From positions 30,896 through 94,895 of the forward strand of contig JBBSQY010000008.1 in the NCBI GenBank assembly GCA_038243585.1: DNA of 64,000 nt, given 5' to 3'. This DNA comes from Candidatus Sumerlaeales bacterium. GTDB taxonomy: Bacteria > Sumerlaeota > Sumerlaeia > Sumerlaeales > Sumerlaeaceae. The notes under the pieces were generated by a model that did not search any database, was not told the DNA's origin, and worked only from the letters and a program-made list of their open reading frames with translations. The position numbers and the translations under genes were made by a program. Positions 58,889 to 64,000 of the stretch are shown piece by piece; the first letter of the stretch is position 1; each line of letters starts with the position of its first letter.

Positions 58889-61825
58889 ATGAGATATTAT
58901 GGTTTTATAATAGGTATCGTCGCTGACTGTGTAACCAGCGCCGTGGGGCAGACTGTCACTGTAGCGCAGTCAGGATCTGAGGCTTTCACAACGGTACAGG
59001 CAGCTGTGGCGTCGTTTGCCGGCGATTCGGATATCGCTCCAAATGTGATCACGATTATGGACTCGGCAGTCTACAATGAAGTTATTACGCTGGACGTGCC
59101 TGTAACGCTACAGGGTACGCCCGGTATGCGCCCGGTATTAGCTACCCAGGCAAATGCTGCGGGACGCGGTGGGAGTTCTGGTCTGGTCGTGAATTTGCCT
59201 GCACCAATTACGTCAGGCACAGTTGTTCTTCGCAACCTTACTGTTATTCCTTCTCAATTGGCGATTCCGCAATCCGCCGCTATCAGCGTTGTGAACAACA
59301 ACGTTTACCTGCTGATGGAAGATGTGCTGGTTTCTGGTAACAATGGCTCTGATGGCCCCATTAGTTCCGATGGGCTGACAGTAGTTGCCCAACCGACGGG
59401 TGTCACTTTCCGGCACTTCCGCGATGATGGTCTCGTATTTGGGGATTCCGACGGTTCCCAGTTTGAAGGAGACGGCGTCGAAGTCGTCTTGCGTGACACG
59501 TTAATAACAAATCTGCGTGGGACCGGCGGCACGGAAAACACCTGTACCGGTATTATTATGAACAACAACACCACAACCGATACCGCTATTGCCAAATTTC
59601 GTAGTCTGCGGATTGAAGACGGCTGCGTGTTATCCGGAATGAATGGCCGCGGTTTATGGCAGGCTGCCATCGGTGACTTTGAAATTGATGCACCTAACCG
59701 TAAAGCGTTGTTTATCAGAAACTCGCAGATGGGTATACTGTTAAGCGCAAGCAGCCCTAACGTGCGCGCGATCCGAGGCGGCATCTTTGCTTACAATTCC
59801 TACCAGGGCGTTTACGAAAACTCGAACTTTGGCCCCCGCTGTACGATTGAAAACAGTATTATGACCCGTAATAATTTTATGAACATCCGCGTGTCGAACG
59901 CAGCTACGGGCCCTATGCTGATTAAAAACTCAACTGTGGCTTTTGATCCGATCACGGTTGCATATCAGTCCATCCTGTTGGATGTTGGAACTGATATCAC
60001 GTTTCAGGATTGCATTCTCGCCGGTGACGGTCAGAGCAACACAACCTATAATCGCATTACTAACAGTTCCGGAACGATAACGCTGGATCATACTGCCATC
60101 GTAATTGCTGGCCCGGCGGCATACCGTGTGCCTACCTTTACGCGGCTGGATTATGTAACCGGAAGCCCTGTCCGTTTTGGCGATCCAGTATTTAAGGATA
60201 CGACAAATCCGGGCTCGCCCGATTTCTTTGCGGTGACCGCACCGGCGTATGCAACTGCCGGAACGGGCGGCGCGCCTCTATCAGGTGGCGGTGCCTATAT
60301 TGCGGATTCGCCAGTCACGGAATTCACTTCGACAATCGCCAAATCTGGTTCTGCCGATTTTATGACTATCCAGTCGGCCATCGACAGCGCGTTCGCCCTG
60401 CATCCTTCTGATCCTGGTGTGCATTATACTTTCCAGATTCTGGACTCAGGCGTCTATGACGAAGTAATCGAGCTTAAGGTCCCGGCCACCATCGTTGGTG
60501 TTGGATCCGCCCGTCCGACTCTGGTGGTACAAGGTAACCCTAATGGCTATGATAATGATGGCGCCGGATCGCTTGCGACGCCGCATGCAACAGACTGGTC
60601 TGGTAATGCCGGCCTTCTTATCAATCTTCCTTCACCTGCAATTACCACTTGTTCGATGATGTTGAAGAATCTGGTCATCATCCCTTCTCGCACCGGTGTG
60701 CCGCCTGTGGCTGGCATTGTAAACAAAGCCAATAACTTCTGGCTTACGCTGGACAACATTCTAGTAACCAGCAACAACGGTAACGACCAACCAGTAACCC
60801 TGGATGGTCTGGCGCCGGCTACGAGAACGGGCAATGAAGTGAGCTTCCTGGTTAGCGGAGCAAACCTGGGAAGCATCACAAATGACCGTGCCGAAGGTGC
60901 AGGCGTTGATGTTACCATGACAAACTGTACTTTCAGTAACATCTATGCAACGCTGGGCGATACCTGGCGTGCAGGGCTTTATCTGTATCGCACATATTAC
61001 GTGTCGAATCTGGTTAGCCCGAAGCCAGCAGTACGCGCTATGGCGTTCCGTTCTCTGCGCATCGGCGATGGATGTCGCTTCACCTATAACGACGCTAATG
61101 GCTTGCGGTGTGCCGGCAATATGGCCATCGATGCGCCTAACCAGCGGGTGCTGTTTCTGGGCAATCTGGTACATGGTCTGTGGAGTGACATGAATCAGGG
61201 CGGTGACAATGCTAATGGCGTAGTCAGTGCTTATAACGTTCAGCATGGCATCAATGAAGGCGTAAGCTCTATTGGTGATCGCATCAGGCTGAGCAATGCT
61301 ATCGTTGCAAACAATGGCGGTGCCGGGGTTTATTGCCGCCAGGGCGATACTGCACAGCAGGACCCTACTCGACTAAAAAATGTTACTATTGCTAATAATC
61401 TACTCAACGGGAAGTTAATTGCCGGAATCATTGAATCATCCACCAACCTCAGCAGCGTGGATGTGGACCTGATCGACAGCGTTGTTGCGGGTACAGCCGA
61501 TAATTCCACTACGGATGCGATCAAGTTGGGTGCCAAGGGCACTTTTAGTATCCTGTTCAGCGCCCTGGTAACGGATGGTCCGTTTGCGATGGCTACACAG
61601 CCCATCATAACAGGGACTCCTGCTCCGTCACCACTACCAATCATTGTTGGTGCTCCAGTTAGTAACGCGGACCCGGTATTCATAAATACCACTGATGCGT
61701 TAGCCAGTAATTTCTACGCAGTAAGTAACACAGCATATGGTACGGCAAACAGTAATGCCGGACCGCTCTCTGGCGGTGGCATGTACTTGCCGGGTTCTGC
61801 TGTTCACGACTGGTCGGTTTATTAA
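58889..61825 (+). CDS. Large secreted right-handed beta-helix (pectin-lyase-like) protein, internally duplicated, with DWxxY tail
   Basis: GGAGG RBS; two modules T(V/I)A.SG...F.T(V/I)Q.A...Y.EVI...FRSLRI.DGC...DPVF..TT...PLSGGG.Y; ends SAVHDWSVY. Confidence 0.8.
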   Translation: MRYYGFIIGIVADCVTSAVGQTVTVAQSGSEAFTTVQAAVASFAGDSDIAPNVITIMDSAVYNEVITLDVPVTLQGTPGMRPVLATQANAAGRGGSSGLVVNLPAPITSGTVVLRNLTVIPSQLAIPQSAAISVVNNNVYLLMEDVLVSGNNGSDGPISSDGLTVVAQPTGVTFRHFRDDGLVFGDSDGSQFEGDGVEVVLRDTLITNLRGTGGTENTCTGIIMNNNTTTDTAIAKFRSLRIEDGCVLSGMNGRGLWQAAIGDFEIDAPNRKALFIRNSQMGILLSASSPNVRAIRGGIFAYNSYQGVYENSNFGPRCTIENSIMTRNNFMNIRVSNAATGPMLIKNSTVAFDPITVAYQSILLDVGTDITFQDCILAGDGQSNTTYNRITNSSGTITLDHTAIVIAGPAAYRVPTFTRLDYVTGSPVRFGDPVFKDTTNPGSPDFFAVTAPAYATAGTGGAPLSGGGAYIADSPVTEFTSTIAKSGSADFMTIQSAIDSAFALHPSDPGVHYTFQILDSGVYDEVIELKVPATIVGVGSARPTLVVQGNPNGYDNDGAGSLATPHATDWSGNAGLLINLPSPAITTCSMMLKNLVIIPSRTGVPPVAGIVNKANNFWLTLDNILVTSNNGNDQPVTLDGLAPATRTGNEVSFLVSGANLGSITNDRAEGAGVDVTMTNCTFSNIYATLGDTWRAGLYLYRTYYVSNLVSPKPAVRAMAFRSLRIGDGCRFTYNDANGLRCAGNMAIDAPNQRVLFLGNLVHGLWSDMNQGGDNANGVVSAYNVQHGINEGVSSIGDRIRLSNAIVANNGGAGVYCRQGDTAQQDPTRLKNVTIANNLLNGKLIAGIIESSTNLSSVDVDLIDSVVAGTADNSTTDAIKLGAKGTFSILFSALVTDGPFAMATQPIITGTPAPSPLPIIVGAPVSNADPVFINTTDALASNFYAVSNTAYGTANSNAGPLSGGGMYLPGSAVHDWSVY

Positions 61826-61858
61826 TCAGCCTGGTAAGTTTTTACTTACCACATGACT

Positions 61859-61901
61859 AAGTAAGCCCCGATGCGTAACAGCGTCGGGGCTTACTTTTTT
61901 T
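61859..61901 (+). terminator. Rho-independent terminator
   Basis: aagtaagccccga...tcggggcttactt followed by a T-run. Confidence 0.88.
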
Positions 61902-61965
61902 CATAATGCTTTTTGCGAAGACCATCTGAACGGTTCCTGCGGCATGCGCGTTTTGGGCATACATC

Positions 61966-62964
61966 GTGCTTATGTTTGAATGGCATATGAATTCCTCAGC
62001 CTATATGAACGAGACAATTGGTGAGGGCAGCTGCCTGCTGATTATCGATGATGAGCCAATGAACACTGACATACTCTGCCGCCGACTGACAACCCGTGGG
62101 TATAAGACAATTGCAGCTCATTCAGCAGAAGAGGGCTGGAGTCAGCTGGAATCCGAAGATGTGGATGTGCTTTTACTTGATGTGAATATGCCGGTAGTGA
62201 ACGGGCTGGAGTTTCTGGACAGGCTGCGGGGGGACGAGCGCACCAAGACTGTGCCGGTTATTATGGTCTCTGCACTTGCCGATACAGAGCATATTGTACG
62301 TGGCCTGCAGCGTGGCGCCAACGATTATGTGACAAAACCTGTTAATATGCCTATTCTGCTGGCCAGGATTGAGACTCAATTGAAAATTGCGTCTCTCGTA
62401 AACGAGCTGGAATCACAAATGGAAGTTTTGGCTACGCTGGCAACCCATGATGAACTGACGGGAGTTTTGAACCGTCGGGCAATGATTAGAGCGCTGGAGC
62501 ACGATCTTGCTCGCAGCCGCCGGTATAAGCATCCGCTTTCTGTGTTGATGGTTGATGTAGACTATTTTAAGCGTATAAATGACGAACTGGGGCATGCGGC
62601 GGGAGATCACGTCCTGCGTGAATTCGCCATTGAATTGGGCCGCACTTTGCGGGTTACTGACACGCTGTGCCGGTATGGGGGTGAAGAGTTTTGCGTTATA
62701 TTGGCAGAAACCGACGAGGCACAGGCCCTCCTCGTGGCAGAACACCTTCGTAAACGCCTTTCTAGGGCTCAGTTTTCGTTTGAGCAGTCACATATGAGGC
62801 TAACTGCCAGCATTGGAGTTTCGACATATCGGTTTTCTGAAGACACGGAATCTCTTCAACTGCTTGAGAAGGCGGACAAAGCTTTGTATCAGGCGAAGCG
62901 TAACGGGCGCAATCGCGTAGAGGTGTATGAGCAGAAGTCGGCTATTGCGGCAGTTGCGACATAA
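61966..62964 (+). CDS. Response-regulator diguanylate cyclase (REC-GGDEF, WspR/PleD-like)
   Basis: IIDDE, LLDVNMP, GANDYVTKP; DELTG, RVTD I-site, GGEEF. Real start is probably ATG 61987 or 62005. Confidence 0.93.
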   Translation: MLMFEWHMNSSAYMNETIGEGSCLLIIDDEPMNTDILCRRLTTRGYKTIAAHSAEEGWSQLESEDVDVLLLDVNMPVVNGLEFLDRLRGDERTKTVPVIMVSALADTEHIVRGLQRGANDYVTKPVNMPILLARIETQLKIASLVNELESQMEVLATLATHDELTGVLNRRAMIRALEHDLARSRRYKHPLSVLMVDVDYFKRINDELGHAAGDHVLREFAIELGRTLRVTDTLCRYGGEEFCVILAETDEAQALLVAEHLRKRLSRAQFSFEQSHMRLTASIGVSTYRFSEDTESLQLLEKADKALYQAKRNGRNRVEVYEQKSAIAAVAT

Positions 62965-63137
62965 AGTAAGTACGGCGGGACAATCGGTTGAGGGCAGGGC
63001 TATCCGGCGCAAGTACTACGTCGCATATCACTGCAGCAGGCAGAGGCGATGGGACTGGGAACTGCATTCGGCAGGAGGTCTCTGCGCAGTCGGGGATTAT
63101 GGTTGCGAGCGGGCCGTGTGGTATTTGTTATCTCTAA

Positions 63138-63962
63138 ATGACTTATAGCAAACCCACAATTCTCTTTTTGTTGGCTGTAGCGATTGGCCTTGTTTGTCCA
63201 ACCCTGATTCGTGCAGAATCTCGTCCGGCAGGGTCCAGGACGCTCTCCGATGCGGTGGAACAATTAGTATCTTCTCGTACTTTAAGCACTTCGTCCTCTG
63301 GGATCCAGCCCGCTGAACTGAGTCAAATCGTAGTCAACAGCACTGTGCTTTTTGACGACCAACGCCCGACTCGAGTTAGCTGGAAAGTCGTTTCCAATAA
63401 CGTTCAGCAGGACCTCTCTTTCATTGTTGCTGACGCAACAAGTTCCTATAAGGGCCATGCAGAGAACTTTCGTCGGTGGGTTGTTTTTCTGCCTGGGTAT
63501 GGGGTGCTGATGTTGGACGAATTTAAAACGTCAGCATCTACTTGTCGTCTCGTTTTTAGTGATCGTACCAAATTCCTTTTGGATGAAAATATCCTGGATG
63601 CACATTTTGGAAGCATCAGCGACAAGGGGGAATTCAAGAGCCCTTATGCTGGGGGAACACTGCAAGTGGGGGTTTCCAATTGGCAATCCATTGAGCCAGT
63701 TTCTGTTTCTCAAGCCCAATTGTCAGATCAAAAAATCTGGCAGCTCGAAGTGAAATCAACTCTCGAAAAGGATTACGATCAACCTCAGTATATTACCACC
63801 TGGATCAGAAACGCACCTCACGAAAAGTCTTTTAATTACCAGAACGTCTCTGCTTTATGGAAAACATCAAAGGTGACTTTTCGTGTAAAAACGGAATCTT
63901 TAAAAGTGAACATAAACTTCACCGTGGATTTCGCCAAAATGACCGTCAGGCGAGCAAATTGA
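63138..63962 (+). CDS. Hypothetical exported beta-rich protein; segment resembling a heparinase II/III C-terminal domain
   Basis: Signal peptide; ADATSSY...FRRWVVF.P..VLMLD. Confidence 0.5.
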   Translation: MTYSKPTILFLLAVAIGLVCPTLIRAESRPAGSRTLSDAVEQLVSSRTLSTSSSGIQPAELSQIVVNSTVLFDDQRPTRVSWKVVSNNVQQDLSFIVADATSSYKGHAENFRRWVVFLPGYGVLMLDEFKTSASTCRLVFSDRTKFLLDENILDAHFGSISDKGEFKSPYAGGTLQVGVSNWQSIEPVSVSQAQLSDQKIWQLEVKSTLEKDYDQPQYITTWIRNAPHEKSFNYQNVSALWKTSKVTFRVKTESLKVNINFTVDFAKMTVRRAN

Positions 63963-64000
63963 GTGGTGAACGGGTATCATCACCAAAACAATATGTTTAA

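Overview
Bacterial chromosomal window from a diderm organism of moderately high GC. A C-terminal 'V..DWxxY' tail on two secreted proteins suggests Ca. Sumerlaeota/BRC1, which is inference from recall only. Housekeeping genes (acnA, htpG, ymdB, ffh, pilT/pilU, an RhlE-type DEAD helicase) are interleaved with c-di-GMP enzymes, secreted repeat proteins and three accessory blocks. (i) A defence island at ~30.3-40.0 kb holds a PLD-nuclease/SNF2-helicase plus a type IIG-like m6A methyltransferase, converging on a RelE/HigB toxin, HTH antitoxin and SecB-like chaperone (TAC) operon. (ii) A low-GC cluster of three GT-C-type membrane glycosyltransferases lies at 44.1-50.7 kb, next to an MshEN pseudo-ATPase/pilT/pilU operon. 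(iii) A 56.7-58.6 kb block contains palindromic GGGGACAG..TGGTGCGCGTCCCC sites that separate a decayed zeta-like TA pair and an orphan gene. Degenerate versions of the same site flank the defence island. A ~145-bp non-coding element occurs at the left edge of both blocks (i) and (iii). Together these hint at an undescribed site-directed cassette-capture system. No tRNA, rRNA, CRISPR array, integrase or transposase was recognised. All calls are from reading the sequence; no database search was run.
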